Assembly: GCA_963817525.1 (NCBI GenBank)
Contig: CAWFOU010000001.1
Location: forward strand, 288,001-352,000
Length of the DNA stretch: 64,000 bases
Source of the DNA: an uncultured archaeon
GTDB lineage: Archaea > Thermoproteota > Nitrososphaeria > Nitrososphaerales > Gagatemarchaeaceae
Direction: 5' to 3'
The position numbers and the translations under genes were made by a program. The notes beneath the pieces are model-generated. The model saw only the letters and a list, made by a program, of their open reading frames with translations, searched no databases and was not told the origin of the DNA. Positions 1 to 9,482 of the stretch are shown here, one piece after another (the first letter of the stretch is position 1; each line of letters begins with the position of its first letter).

Positions 1-335
1 TCAACGACGCGTACCTCAAGATACTTCAGTCGTCAAGACGCGGCGCGAAGGCGTCCCCGCCCAGCCGACCTGCCGCGGCAGAAGACGACGCGGTCACGCC
101 AAAGCAGGGGTCGAATCCTGACCCGAAGCAAGGGTCCTCGCCTCGGCAGCAGACGCACACCGAGCCGATATCCAGGATCAAGGCGAGACTGGCGAAGGGA
201 GAGATTCAGAAGGCCCAGTTCGAGCGGATGGCAAAGGAGCGATACAACTACCTCAAGAACAAGCCGTTCATCGACCTGACGGATTCTGAGTTTGAGGAGA
301 GGCTTCACGGGTTCGAGGGAATGAAGTTCCTATGA
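1..335 (+). CDS. Partial (5'-truncated) protein, possibly the end of a J-domain, a linker and a SHOCT-like C-terminal motif
   Basis: Open frame from position 3 to TGA 333-335: NDAYLKIL...PISRIKARLAKGEIQKAQFERM...; NDAY resembles J-domain helix III; RLAKGEI resembles SHOCT. Confidence 0.5.
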   Translation, partial: NDAYLKILQSSRRGAKASPPSRPAAAEDDAVTPKQGSNPDPKQGSSPRQQTHTEPISRIKARLAKGEIQKAQFERMAKERYNYLKNKPFIDLTDSEFEERLHGFEGMKFL

Positions 336-347
336 CCCGTGACGCGC

Positions 348-2285
348 TCAAGCCGCCTTCTTGTCGACCCGCCTCCTGATTATCTTTCCTCCTCCGGCGG
401 GGAGCATGCGCATCACATCATCGAGGCTGAGGCTGACCTTGGGGTTCGCGTAGGGCGTCAGTTCGTGGAGCACCTTCTTCGCCGTGTCGGACGGCTTCTC
501 CCTGCTCGGGACAAGCGCCACGTGTCCCTTGGCTGCCCTCATTATCGCCTCCTCGGGTCCCGAGATCACCCTTCCGCCCTCGTCTACGCCGACCGCCAGC
601 TCCACCGCGTTCTTCGTGACGAAGTTCTTCTTCCCGTTTATGGCGAACGAGCCGTGGGCTAGGAACTCACCGCTCGGCCCCGCCGTCCCTACCTGCCCCG
701 GGCTGACCCAGTAGGCGTCGGCGGCTCCCAACCCCGTCTTCCACGCGCTGCTGAAGGTCGCGGTCGCCTTCGCCACCTCCCTGACCTCCTCCCCCGTCTG
801 CTCGCTCCCGCCTTTGAGGACGAAGAACGGTGAGCCGAAGAGGTCAGCGTGGTAGACGGTGTCGCCCTCTTGGAGGTGCCTCCGTATCAGGATCGTGTTG
901 CTCTGCGCGTCGCGCCCCCCGATAGCGAGCTTCCCGCTGGACGTGAAGAACCACCTGAACTTCTCATACCACTCCTTCTTCGCTCTCGAGAGCGGGATCG
1001 CCTTCGCGCGGGCTGTCTCTCCCTTCCCGCTCTCCCTCTTGAGCTTGGACCGCAGCCCCTTCTCCGCGGTGTCAATGTCCTGGATCTCCCGTTCCGCCCG
1101 CTTCGCCCTGTCGAAGATGGCCGATGAGATGGAGGCCTGCCCTTTCTCGGCCAGCGCGTCCAGCGAAGCGAGGAGGTCGCTCGGGAGGACCTTCGCCGCT
1201 CGGGCTATCACCAGGGCCTGCTCCGCGTCGGGGGCGGCCCTCGCCAGAGGCGCCAGCTTCCTCAGCTCGGCCGAGAGCTTGGTGAGCCCCGCCTTCTTCG
1301 ACTCGAGGTCGGCGATGGTGGCCTTGTACTCCAGGGCCCGCCTCTCGTGGGCGTCGATCTTCGCCTCCCCACCGGCTTCGGCCCTCTCTGCCCGGGCGAC
1401 GTTCTCCTCCTCCGTGGTCAGGAGGTCTGAGAAGAACAGCTCGTCCAGCAGCGGGCTCAGCGTCGGTGCGGACTGGACGACATCCCTGCTCCTGGGATTG
1501 GTCACCATCACCTCGACCGTCTTCTCGTCCGTCCTCACCAAGCAGGGTGACGGGTTGGATTCGATGCTGGCTAGCATGTCCTTGACCGTTGCCATGACTC
1601 GGTCGACTTCGGCGTCGGGGATGTCGGTCGAGTCCTCCTGACCGTGCGAGATGCGCGCCAGTATTTCGTCGACGTACCTCCTTGGGATCGATAGCCCTCT
1701 CCCGAGGGCGCGGCCCAGCGTCTTCTCTTTCGCCAGGGCGCCCGTCAGGTCTTCACGGGTGAGCGTCTCGAGGGATGCCCGCGTCTGCGGAGGCGGGACA
1801 TACGGGTAGCCCTTGGCGAGCTTCCTCGCCCCTGTCTTGACCTCGCGGAGCGCGAGGGCTATCTTCCCGTCGGGCCCTGCAAGGACTATGTTACCAGGCG
1901 GCATCAGTTCCAGTATGAGCTTTAGGCGGTCGTCTCCTTTGCCCTCGAATTCCAGGATTAAGACCCTGTCGAGGTCGAACTGAGTGACTGACTCGAGCCT
2001 AGCCCTGAGCAGGTTCGAACGGAGCGAGGTCGTGAACTCCGTGGTCTCGACCCGGGCGGGCTTCTCAGTGACCCAAGCGCCGAGCTTGGGGGAGAGAACG
2101 AGGGAGACCTCAGTCGACTCGCCCTCCGCGCCGCCTGACTTTCTCATCCTGAGCAACTGGCTCTCCCCTACGGAATAGATGTTGGAGACGTATGTCTCTG
2201 CAAGGGCCTTGGAGAGCTCCTTTGCGAGGACTCTGAACTCCAGCCCTGAAAGCGAGCCCTTTGACTTGTCTGAAATGAGCGACAT
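348..2285 (-). CDS. rqcH: Ribosome quality-control protein RqcH/NEMF (NFACT family)
   Basis: NFACT N-term (QFDLDRVLILEF, LILELMPPGNIVL) and NFACT-R C-term (WYEKFRWF, GGRDAQSN, HADLFGSPF, GEFLAHGSF). Confidence 0.9.
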   Translation of the reverse strand: MSLISDKSKGSLSGLEFRVLAKELSKALAETYVSNIYSVGESQLLRMRKSGGAEGESTEVSLVLSPKLGAWVTEKPARVETTEFTTSLRSNLLRARLESVTQFDLDRVLILEFEGKGDDRLKLILELMPPGNIVLAGPDGKIALALREVKTGARKLAKGYPYVPPPQTRASLETLTREDLTGALAKEKTLGRALGRGLSIPRRYVDEILARISHGQEDSTDIPDAEVDRVMATVKDMLASIESNPSPCLVRTDEKTVEVMVTNPRSRDVVQSAPTLSPLLDELFFSDLLTTEEENVARAERAEAGGEAKIDAHERRALEYKATIADLESKKAGLTKLSAELRKLAPLARAAPDAEQALVIARAAKVLPSDLLASLDALAEKGQASISSAIFDRAKRAEREIQDIDTAEKGLRSKLKRESGKGETARAKAIPLSRAKKEWYEKFRWFFTSSGKLAIGGRDAQSNTILIRRHLQEGDTVYHADLFGSPFFVLKGGSEQTGEEVREVAKATATFSSAWKTGLGAADAYWVSPGQVGTAGPSGEFLAHGSFAINGKKNFVTKNAVELAVGVDEGGRVISGPEEAIMRAAKGHVALVPSREKPSDTAKKVLHELTPYANPKVSLSLDDVMRMLPAGGGKIIRRRVDKKAA

Positions 2286-2348
2286 CTCCCTCGACCGCGA
2301 TTTTGGAGGCAGGCGAAGCGAGAGTCTTAATGGTTTGGCCTTTAGCGA

Positions 2349-2637
2349 TTAGAGGTCCCCGGCCGCACTAGTCCCAAACCACTTCATCGCGTCTTCGTAG
2401 GAGACCGCGACCAGCGTCTCCGCGTGTGCGTTCTCCATGCCCATCATGCTCATCCTCTTCGTTCCGCTGATGTCTGCCGCCTCCGTTATCCAGACCGCCT
2501 CGTACTTCCCGAGAGTCAGAACCCTTGGCGATGGTGACGTCCTTCTTCTTGGCGCCGTCCATCATCATCTTGTTCATGGCCTCTTCCTCTTGCGGGTTCG
2601 AGGCCTTCTTCAGCTTGATGAGTGTTATGAACCACAT
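2349..2637 (-). pseudogene. GYD-domain protein, frameshifted near 2521
   Basis: MWFITLIKL...VTIAKG continues in another frame as LTLGKYEAVWITEAAD...AETLVAVSYEDAMKWF to TAA at 2349-2351. Confidence 0.65.
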
Positions 2638-2782
2638 AGCTGAGCGTATGCCTCTGCGAATATTTAAGTCGTCGCGACGGAGTTGTCGCCACGCCATGAG
2701 CCGAATATTACGACCAGAGTAGCTTTTAATAGCCTATCGGGGGTTCGGCTAAATCCGAGCTCCCGGAATCGAGTGATTTTAG

Positions 2783-3127
2783 TTGCCACTTACCCTGTTT
2801 GACAAGATTTACTGGCTCAGGGCGGGGCTGGGGGCGATTGGGGGGGTCTCGGCGGAGCTGTTCACAGGCTGCAGGGTGCTCATCCCGCCGCCCGCGAAGG
2901 GAGCGGCTTGCATAAACGGTCTCAGCCCCGACTACTCTACGGGCATCCTCATCGGGCTCTTCATCTATCTGGCCACCTTCTACTTGCTGAAGTGGACGGT
3001 CGGGAAGGGCTTGGCGAAGGACCAGGAGCGGAAGCTCTACACCACGGGCGTGGGGAGCTTCCTGATGCTCTTCATCTTCAGCTGGGTGCTGCTCTTCACG
3101 TTGGGCGTTACTTACTTGACTCTTTGA
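2783..3127 (+). CDS. Small 3-TM membrane protein, EMC6/Rab5ip-like
   Basis: DKIYWLRAGLGAIGG start, three hydrophobic helices, GVGSFLMLFIFSWVLLFTL end. Confidence 0.6.
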   Translation: MPLTLFDKIYWLRAGLGAIGGVSAELFTGCRVLIPPPAKGAACINGLSPDYSTGILIGLFIYLATFYLLKWTVGKGLAKDQERKLYTTGVGSFLMLFIFSWVLLFTLGVTYLTL

Positions 3128-3428
3128 CCCGCTTGGCCCACTTGCCCATCGTCTGAAGGTATCCGCGGTCGAGGTCGTCCGTCATGTGCGTCTTGGGCAA
3201 CCTGTCCACGGCTCTGAGTATCTTGTCTGCGTCCGCCATCTTGTCGGGTGTCCTGTTCTCGGTCACGTTCACGATGCCATTGAGAGCCAGCAGGGCGCCC
3301 TTCCCGTACTCGGAGGAGACCTGGGGCGCCAGGTGCGCCAGCCTCTGGCGGGCGTCCTCGAGCTTGGTGTGAGCTAGTGACTCGATAATCTCGTCGACCT
3401 CTTCCTTGATCATGCTGCTTGAGAGCAA
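3108..3428 (-). CDS. Hypothetical helical protein
   Basis: 106-aa ORF with host-like codon usage and AT-rich upstream promoter region. Confidence 0.6.
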   Translation of the reverse strand: MLSSSMIKEEVDEIIESLAHTKLEDARQRLAHLAPQVSSEYGKGALLALNGIVNVTENRTPDKMADADKILRAVDRLPKTHMTDDLDRGYLQTMGKWAKRVKESSK

Positions 3429-3522
3429 AGCCAGAGACGCATCGCTTTTCTTCGCTTAAATGCTTATGCCACATTTTCCATTCGAATGGCCGGCGTGGCT
3501 CGCCCTCGCCAGGGGGAAGGCT

Positions 3523-4695
3523 CTATGGACCCGGCGCGAAGATGCTCACGCTGGTGATCGCTTCGGGCAGGCGCTCCGCCGGCCAGAGGTAGATCGTATA
3601 CACTCCGCTACCGTGTACTGCTATCAGCGAGCTGAGGGAGAAGGTGACGTCGAAGCTCCCCGAGTTCACCTGCCAGGTCTGCGCATAGGTGTATGTGCCG
3701 TTGTCCGTCACGCAGTCCTCCCCCGTGGGGCAGGGCGGGAAGACAGTGGACACGACGGTCCCCGGCGTGTAAGCGCCCTCGTACTGGCAGGTTGCCGACT
3801 CGTTGAGCTCGCTGTTCTGCGCGCACGCGCTCAGGTCGTCGAGGGAGCTGACGCTGATGGCGGAGGGGGTGGGGTCATAGAAGACCGAAATCTCAGCCCC
3901 CGCTACCCTGCTCATCCAGCTGGAGACGTCCTGCTGAAGCGTCCCGTTGAAGGTCACGGTGCTCCCAGAGAGCTGGAGGGATTCGGAGCTCAGGTAGCTG
4001 TCCTCGAAGTCCTCGACGAAGAACACCGTCGTCGAGTTGTAGGCCACGCCGATCGACACCTTGTTGTGGAGAGCGTCCAGGATGTTATCGCGATGACCGT
4101 TGCCGCAGCACGCCGAGTCGTTGTTCATCATCACCCACTCTGAGTCGTTTATCGCGTTCTCCACCGTCTCGAGGGTGCAGGGGGCGGGGGTGCGCCCCGT
4201 CGCGTTGGTCGAGTCGCTGCAATAGTTGAGGGCGGCGTTCTCCTCCACGCTCCCGGTCCCGCCGAGGAGGGTGTAGCGCATGTACGGCTTGTAGCCCTGG
4301 TTGTCCCAGTGGCTGAAGTACCCGTAGTACGCCATAGAGTCCGCGTGCTGCTGCCCGGAAAGGACGGAGCTGACCACGACCGGGCTGAGGCCCGCGCCCA
4401 CCCTGTCGTGGTTTATCACGCCGAGCGTGAAGTTCTCGAGGGCGAGGTAGTCCGGAGGGAAGTCGATTTTGGCGGACTGCCCCACGATGATGGGGCTGTC
4501 GGTGAGCCAGTCTCCGGCGTTGGAGTCACTGGTGCTTGGCAGGCCGTCCACCGACGAGTCGGTGGCGCCGGTCGAGCTAGCCGACCCGGCTAGAGTCGAG
4601 GCGCCCGGGCCAACCGGAAAGTGCGTGGTCGCGGCCCATCCCACCGTCACGAGAAGGATCGCGACGACAATTACCCCTACGGTGAGATTTCTCAT
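3523..4695 (-). CDS. Secreted CAP (SCP-like) domain protein
   Basis: N-terminal TM/signal, INHDR, QQHADSMA..YFSH, ENAA, GHRDNIL, VSIGVA motifs. Confidence 0.85.
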   Translation of the reverse strand: MRNLTVGVIVVAILLVTVGWAATTHFPVGPGASTLAGSASSTGATDSSVDGLPSTSDSNAGDWLTDSPIIVGQSAKIDFPPDYLALENFTLGVINHDRVGAGLSPVVVSSVLSGQQHADSMAYYGYFSHWDNQGYKPYMRYTLLGGTGSVEENAALNYCSDSTNATGRTPAPCTLETVENAINDSEWVMMNNDSACCGNGHRDNILDALHNKVSIGVAYNSTTVFFVEDFEDSYLSSESLQLSGSTVTFNGTLQQDVSSWMSRVAGAEISVFYDPTPSAISVSSLDDLSACAQNSELNESATCQYEGAYTPGTVVSTVFPPCPTGEDCVTDNGTYTYAQTWQVNSGSFDVTFSLSSLIAVHGSGVYTIYLWPAERLPEAITSVSIFAPGP

Positions 4696-4760
4696 CCAAG
4701 GACGACCCTGAGGAGGAAAGGATTGACGGTCCTATATTTGGCCTCCGTGAGTGCACGACG

Positions 4761-5510
4761 CTACTCTATGCCCCTCTCCGACAGGCTGCACCTCGCTTGC
4801 CCCGCGCCCTGCGGGGGCTCGAGCTCGGCCCGGACGTACCCTCCCTCCCTCCAAAGGCGGAGAGACTTGCTCACGAACCTCCCGAGCGTCAGGCCGCCCA
4901 CGTTGATGTCCCTACTCGCCCCCCTCACTGTTATCGAAGCGACCCTGTTCGTGAGGAGCACGACCCTCCGGTGGAGGTACGCGTCTATCGCGATTCTGTT
5001 GAGGTACGCCCCCAGCGCCCCCTGCCGCCTCCCCATCCTCTCCCTGCCGGGGAACTCGAGTGTGAAGTTCTTCGTGACCGTGTCGACGATGACGAGCTTT
5101 GCCGAGCTGACCCGAGGGTCGTCCGCCATCCTCCTCAGGACGTGGGTCTGGGCGTCGACGTCCCCCGCCCTCAACGAATACACGCTCTCCAGCGCCGCCT
5201 TTGGGTCGAGCCCTCTCGACTCGGCGATCTGCGCCACCCTCTCCGGCCGGAAGGTGGACTCTGTGTCGACATAGACAGACTTCCACCCCTGGACGGCCGC
5301 CATCACGGTCGCCTGCATGGCCAGCTGGGTCTTGCCCGAGTTGCTGGCCCCAAACGCCTCCGTTATCTTGCCCTCCCCGTACCCCCCGCCCAGAAGCCCG
5401 TCCAGCACGGCCGAGCCGGTGGCAAGCCTGCCCAGGCTCCTGGCGACATCCAGCGCATCCGCGAACGTGAAAGACCTCAGCGAGCCCGCGGGCGCATCGC
5501 TTTCTGGCAA
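4761..5510 (-). CDS. RadA paralog (RadB/aRadC-like RecA-family ATPase)
   Basis: TGSAVLDGLLGGG, Walker A GASNSGKT, YVDTESTFRPER, Walker B LVIVD; lacks RadA N-domain; start estimated at TTG 5510. Confidence 0.85.
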   Translation of the reverse strand: MPESDAPAGSLRSFTFADALDVARSLGRLATGSAVLDGLLGGGYGEGKITEAFGASNSGKTQLAMQATVMAAVQGWKSVYVDTESTFRPERVAQIAESRGLDPKAALESVYSLRAGDVDAQTHVLRRMADDPRVSSAKLVIVDTVTKNFTLEFPGRERMGRRQGALGAYLNRIAIDAYLHRRVVLLTNRVASITVRGASRDINVGGLTLGRFVSKSLRLWREGGYVRAELEPPQGAGQARCSLSERGIE

Positions 5511-5562
5511 GAGACACGGTCTTTGGCCCCGGGGGCGATAATAGCTTTCGCGAGCGACCACG

Positions 5563-6120
5563 TCAGGGCTGGTTTCGCTTGACGGCGCGGACCATCTCAG
5601 TTATGGTCTCCGCGTGGGGGCTCGAGCTCACCCGCCGGATGGCGTCGCCCGCTCTGATCTCGCCCTCTCTCAGGACCTGGAAGTAGATGCCCGTCCTCTC
5701 AGATTCAAGGAACGACCTGACTATCGTTGCAGTGCCGAACCTGATGGCAAGCTTGTAGCACGGGAGCCTAGGCTGGGTCGCCGCCAGCTTCGCGGTGCCC
5801 ACCTCGAACACATCCCCCGTGTGGACGTCTACCTCGAGCATCCCCTTGGTGGTGAGGTTCTCACCCAGCGAGCCCCATGGGATGTCCATGTCCGGGAACT
5901 TCTCCCTCCAGTATTCGTAGTGCTCGCACGCGTAGGCGTAGACGGACTTCCTTTCGCCCCCGTGGACTGCGGGGTCGGCCTGCCGGTCTCCCTCGAGGTT
6001 GGCCGTCCTGACCTTCACCGGGCCTTGGACCGGCCTCTTGATTATGGCCGAGAAGACGGGCTTTCCCCTCGACTTGCCTATCTCGTTGGGGGTGCTGACG
6101 TTGACCGAGAGCAATCGCAA
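5563..6120 (-). CDS. MOSC domain protein (YiiM-like)
   Basis: GDRQAD..VHGG, GENLT, QPRLPCYKL, RTGIYFQVL. Confidence 0.9.
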   Translation of the reverse strand: MRLLSVNVSTPNEIGKSRGKPVFSAIIKRPVQGPVKVRTANLEGDRQADPAVHGGERKSVYAYACEHYEYWREKFPDMDIPWGSLGENLTTKGMLEVDVHTGDVFEVGTAKLAATQPRLPCYKLAIRFGTATIVRSFLESERTGIYFQVLREGEIRAGDAIRRVSSSPHAETITEMVRAVKRNQP

Positions 6121-6206
6121 TGTCGAGATCGAGGACTCCCCGATTCCCTCCGTCCATTACTAAGCATATCTGCGGGCGCGTCCTAGGCTGGAGGGAGGGT
6201 CACGGG

Positions 6207-6617
6207 TTGGCTGCCAAGACCAAGTCCATCTACGAGCCTGGGGAGCCTGGGGACGGGCTCAGGGTCCTGATAACCAGGTACTACCCCCGCGGCGTGAAGA
6301 AGGACCGCTTCGACCGCCGGGTGGTCGCCCTCTCCCCCAGCCGCGAGCTCCTTTCGAGCTACAGGAGCGGGGGGATGGACTGGGAGGAGTTCAGCAAGGC
6401 GTTCCTCGCGGAGCTGCGCGCCAACCCTGAGAGCATCGATGCGATACGTTCGCTACACGAGGTGAGCAAACAGCGCGACGTCACGCTGCTCTGCTACGAG
6501 CGGCCCGGCCTTCCGTGCCACAGGTACATCGTACGCGACCTCGTCGACTCTCCGGGTCGCCTCTCGATGCCCCCCGGGCCTCGGCGCGGCAAAAGGGAGA
6601 GGCGCGCTCGGTCGTAA
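6207..6617 (+). CDS. DUF488 family protein (YeaO-like)
   Basis: KSIYEP..DGLRVLITRYYPRG, LSPSRELL, VTLLCYE..CHR; start estimated at TTG 6207. Confidence 0.85.
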   Translation: MAAKTKSIYEPGEPGDGLRVLITRYYPRGVKKDRFDRRVVALSPSRELLSSYRSGGMDWEEFSKAFLAELRANPESIDAIRSLHEVSKQRDVTLLCYERPGLPCHRYIVRDLVDSPGRLSMPPGPRRGKRERRARS

Positions 6618-6758
6618 GCGCGTGAGACGGACGCGTTTTATCACGCTCATGAGCGTGAAGGTCGCCTGTCGTTTAGTCTTCGCAAGAGTAGTTTATTCCC
6701 CCACTTGCGAGCGTAAAATGTTTTTATTGGCGAAAAGGCGCCGTCGGATAGCTCAAAA

Positions 6759-7007
6759 GTGAACGCTTCTCAACAGACGCCAAAGCGGCCGCTCGCAGTT
6801 CTTCAGAAGGCCATAAGCAAGAAGGCGACGATCCGCCTCAAGACAGACGTCGAATATCGCGGGCGGGTCTCGAACGTCGACGCGTTCATGAACGTGATCC
6901 TAGAGGACGCCGAGGAGTTCGAGGGCGGCAGGCTATCGGCCAACTACGGCAAGGTCATAGTCAGAGGGGACAACGTCCTCTACGTCAAGCTCGAAAGCTC
7001 CCTGTGA
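6759..7007 (+). CDS. Sm-like archaeal protein (LSm/SmAP)
   Basis: Sm1 (YRGRVSNVDAFMNVILEDA) and Sm2 (VIVRGDNVLYV) motifs; upstream of mat, as for SmAP2. Confidence 0.92.
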   Translation: MNASQQTPKRPLAVLQKAISKKATIRLKTDVEYRGRVSNVDAFMNVILEDAEEFEGGRLSANYGKVIVRGDNVLYVKLESSL

Positions 7008-7046
7008 GACCAGCAGCTTGAACAGATTTATCGAAGGTGGCTCTAG

Positions 7047-8255
7047 ATGACAAGGTCAGTCCATTCCGAACAGCTTCCCGACTGCGTCTCCGACCTCCAA
7101 GTCGAGATCGTCGAGAGGAAGGGCATAGGGCACCCCGACAGCATCATCGACGGGGCCTGCGAGGCGGTCTCGATCGCGCTCTCGAAATACTACCTGGACA
7201 ACTTCGACGTCATATTCCACCACAACGTGGACAAGGGGCTCCTCGTGGGCGGCAAGTCGCACGCCGTCTTCGGAGGGGGCAAGGTCATCGACCCCATCTA
7301 CATCCTCGTGGCCGGAAGGGCGACCGACGTCGTCCCGATCGGGGGCAAGACCGAGGAGGTCCCCGTCGAGATGATAGCGAAGGAGGCCATCGCCAACTAC
7401 ATCAGGGGGACGATGCGCTTCCTCGACCCGAAGAAGCACACGCGCGTCGAGACGATGATCAGGCCGGGCTCCCCCGACCTCGTCGCGGTCTTCCTCAGGA
7501 AGCAGGCCATGCCCGTCGCCAACGACACCTCGATAGGCGTCGGGTTCGCCCCGCTCTCCGCGACCGAGAAGGTCGTCTTCGAGATCGAGCAGCTCCTCAA
7601 CTCGTCCAAGCTCAAGAAGAAGTACCCCGCGGTGGGCGAGGACGTCAAGGTCATGGGGATGAGGGTGGGCAAGAAGCTCAACGTCACGGTGGCCGTGGCG
7701 ATGGTGAGCGGCCAGATCAAGGACGCCAGCGAGTACGCGAGCATAATCAGGGACGTCAGGGACGAGGTCGACGACCTGGTCGCCAAGTCCCCGCTGGACG
7801 TCAACGTCAGGCTAAACCAGGCGGACGACGCCAAGCACGGCAGCTACTACCTCACGGTCACGGGCACCTCGGCAGAGCAGGGCGACGACGGCAACACGGG
7901 CAGGGGGAACAGGGTCAACGGCCTCATCTCGCCCATGCGGCAGTACTCCATGGAGGCGACCGCGGGGAAGAACCCGGTCAACCACACGGGCAAGCTCTAC
8001 AACGCCGTTGCGCTCCACGCCGCGGAGCAGATTGCGGACGAGGTGAAGGGCGTTAGGGAGGCCTACGTCAGGATACTCAGCAGGATCGGCAGCCCCATAG
8101 ACCAGCCGCAGATAGCGAGCGCCGCTGTGGTCCTCGAGAAGGGGACGAAGATGTCCAGCGTCAAGGGCGAGGTCGAGCAGATACTCGACGACCAGCTCAG
8201 GGACATCCGAAACATCACGAACCTGATCCTCGAGAAGCGCGTCATCCTGTTCTGA
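7047..8255 (+). CDS. mat: Archaeal S-adenosylmethionine synthetase
   Basis: VERKGIGHPD, HHNVDK, ANDTS, GEDVKVMG, GRGNRVNGLI, GKNPVNHTGKLYN. Confidence 0.97.
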   Translation: MTRSVHSEQLPDCVSDLQVEIVERKGIGHPDSIIDGACEAVSIALSKYYLDNFDVIFHHNVDKGLLVGGKSHAVFGGGKVIDPIYILVAGRATDVVPIGGKTEEVPVEMIAKEAIANYIRGTMRFLDPKKHTRVETMIRPGSPDLVAVFLRKQAMPVANDTSIGVGFAPLSATEKVVFEIEQLLNSSKLKKKYPAVGEDVKVMGMRVGKKLNVTVAVAMVSGQIKDASEYASIIRDVRDEVDDLVAKSPLDVNVRLNQADDAKHGSYYLTVTGTSAEQGDDGNTGRGNRVNGLISPMRQYSMEATAGKNPVNHTGKLYNAVALHAAEQIADEVKGVREAYVRILSRIGSPIDQPQIASAAVVLEKGTKMSSVKGEVEQILDDQLRDIRNITNLILEKRVILF

Positions 8256-9141
8256 CGGCCGGGTAGCGGCCCGTCCCTGTGACGTAGCCCGCCAGCGCGT
8301 CCGCGTCAGCAGACAGGCCGTAGCTCCTCTCGAAGAACTTGGAGACCGCGCCGACGTCCCGCCTCATCAGCTCCTTGGAGTTGGGGTGGTCCTTTCCCGC
8401 CCACTGCGGCCAGTCGATGAGCCACACTCTGGCCCCGTCGGTAAGGATGTTGTACTCGCTGAGGTCCCCATTGATCATCCCGGCCTTCACGTAGACCTCG
8501 CGCACCGTGTCCATTATGTCCCTGAGCACCTTGCGCGCGTCGACGAGCTCGGGCCTGTTGGCGAGCCTCACGCCGGGGAGCTCCTTGAGGAGCACCGTGT
8601 GCCTGTTGGTCGCCACCGCGACGGGGACGTTCTTGGTCACCTCGGCCAGCCTCGCCAGGGCGTTGAACTCCCTGTGCGCCGCCTCGTAGTTCACGTCCAG
8701 CCAGGTGTTCAGCTGCTTCGAGGAGGCGTGCCTCTTGCGCGTCACGTCCCGGAAGCTCGTCCTACCAAGCCTGAAGAGCTTCAGGGCGTAGAGCTCGCCC
8801 TTCTCGGAGAGGACCTCGTAGACGTCCGACTCCTTCCCCTTCGCGATAAGCTTCCCGAGCGCGTTGGCGTAGTCCTTGTCGGCATAGAACTTCAGAGCGA
8901 GGAGGTCGACCGCGGGTATGTAGATCTCGTAGACCCTGCCCGCCGTCCCCACCAGCTTCCTCTTGTTGAGCTCGTTGAGCCCGAAGTTGACCCGGTCGAG
9001 GGGCTGGCCAGAGACCTTCGCGATGGACTCCGCCGACGTGGTGGCCTTCCCCAAGGTGCACTTCTCTAGCGCCCTCAGCGCCTGCCACTCCTCGGGCTTG
9101 AGCTGCATTATGAGCGAGGCTGCGATGTCAGTCGACGACAA
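8242..9141 (-). CDS. rio2: RIO2-type serine kinase
   Basis: N-terminal wHTH, GKESDVY, FRLGRTSFR, NGDLSEYNIL, IDWPQ. Confidence 0.92.
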   Translation of the reverse strand: MSSTDIAASLIMQLKPEEWQALRALEKCTLGKATTSAESIAKVSGQPLDRVNFGLNELNKRKLVGTAGRVYEIYIPAVDLLALKFYADKDYANALGKLIAKGKESDVYEVLSEKGELYALKLFRLGRTSFRDVTRKRHASSKQLNTWLDVNYEAAHREFNALARLAEVTKNVPVAVATNRHTVLLKELPGVRLANRPELVDARKVLRDIMDTVREVYVKAGMINGDLSEYNILTDGARVWLIDWPQWAGKDHPNSKELMRRDVGAVSKFFERSYGLSADADALAGYVTGTGRYPAVRTG

Positions 9142-9260
9142 GGTTCTTCTTCGCCTATGCCGCGGGCCTTTTCAGGCCTCTTGAACCTTTCAAGGGCTCC
9201 TCGCTCTTCTCGCCGCGCGAAAAGAAGACTCAAATAACGAGGCCCGGGAATGCGCGACCG

Positions 9261-9476
9261 ATGCCGCAGAAGAGGGGCGAGGTCGTGGAGAAGGCCACCC
9301 AGGCCCTGCCGGACACCTACGAGGCCTGGCTCAAGAAGCAGGTCGCGGCCAGATACGACGCGGTCTCGGAAGACCAAGACGACGAGGAGGAGGACGAGAT
9401 CGACGAGGCCGAGGACGTTCACGAAAAGGCGCACAGGCGCAAGCGCGGCAAGGGCTCCGCAGCCAGCGGCACCTGA
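9261..9476 (+). CDS. Small acidic/basic hypothetical protein
   Basis: 71-aa ORF with host codon bias downstream of an AT-rich box. Confidence 0.5.
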   Translation: MPQKRGEVVEKATQALPDTYEAWLKKQVAARYDAVSEDQDDEEEDEIDEAEDVHEKAHRRKRGKGSAASGT

Positions 9477-9482
9477 CCCGGG

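Noticed and set aside
2515-2525. Intron as the cause of the GYD frameshift
   Set aside because: There is no extra sequence to excise; it is a 1-2 nt indel.
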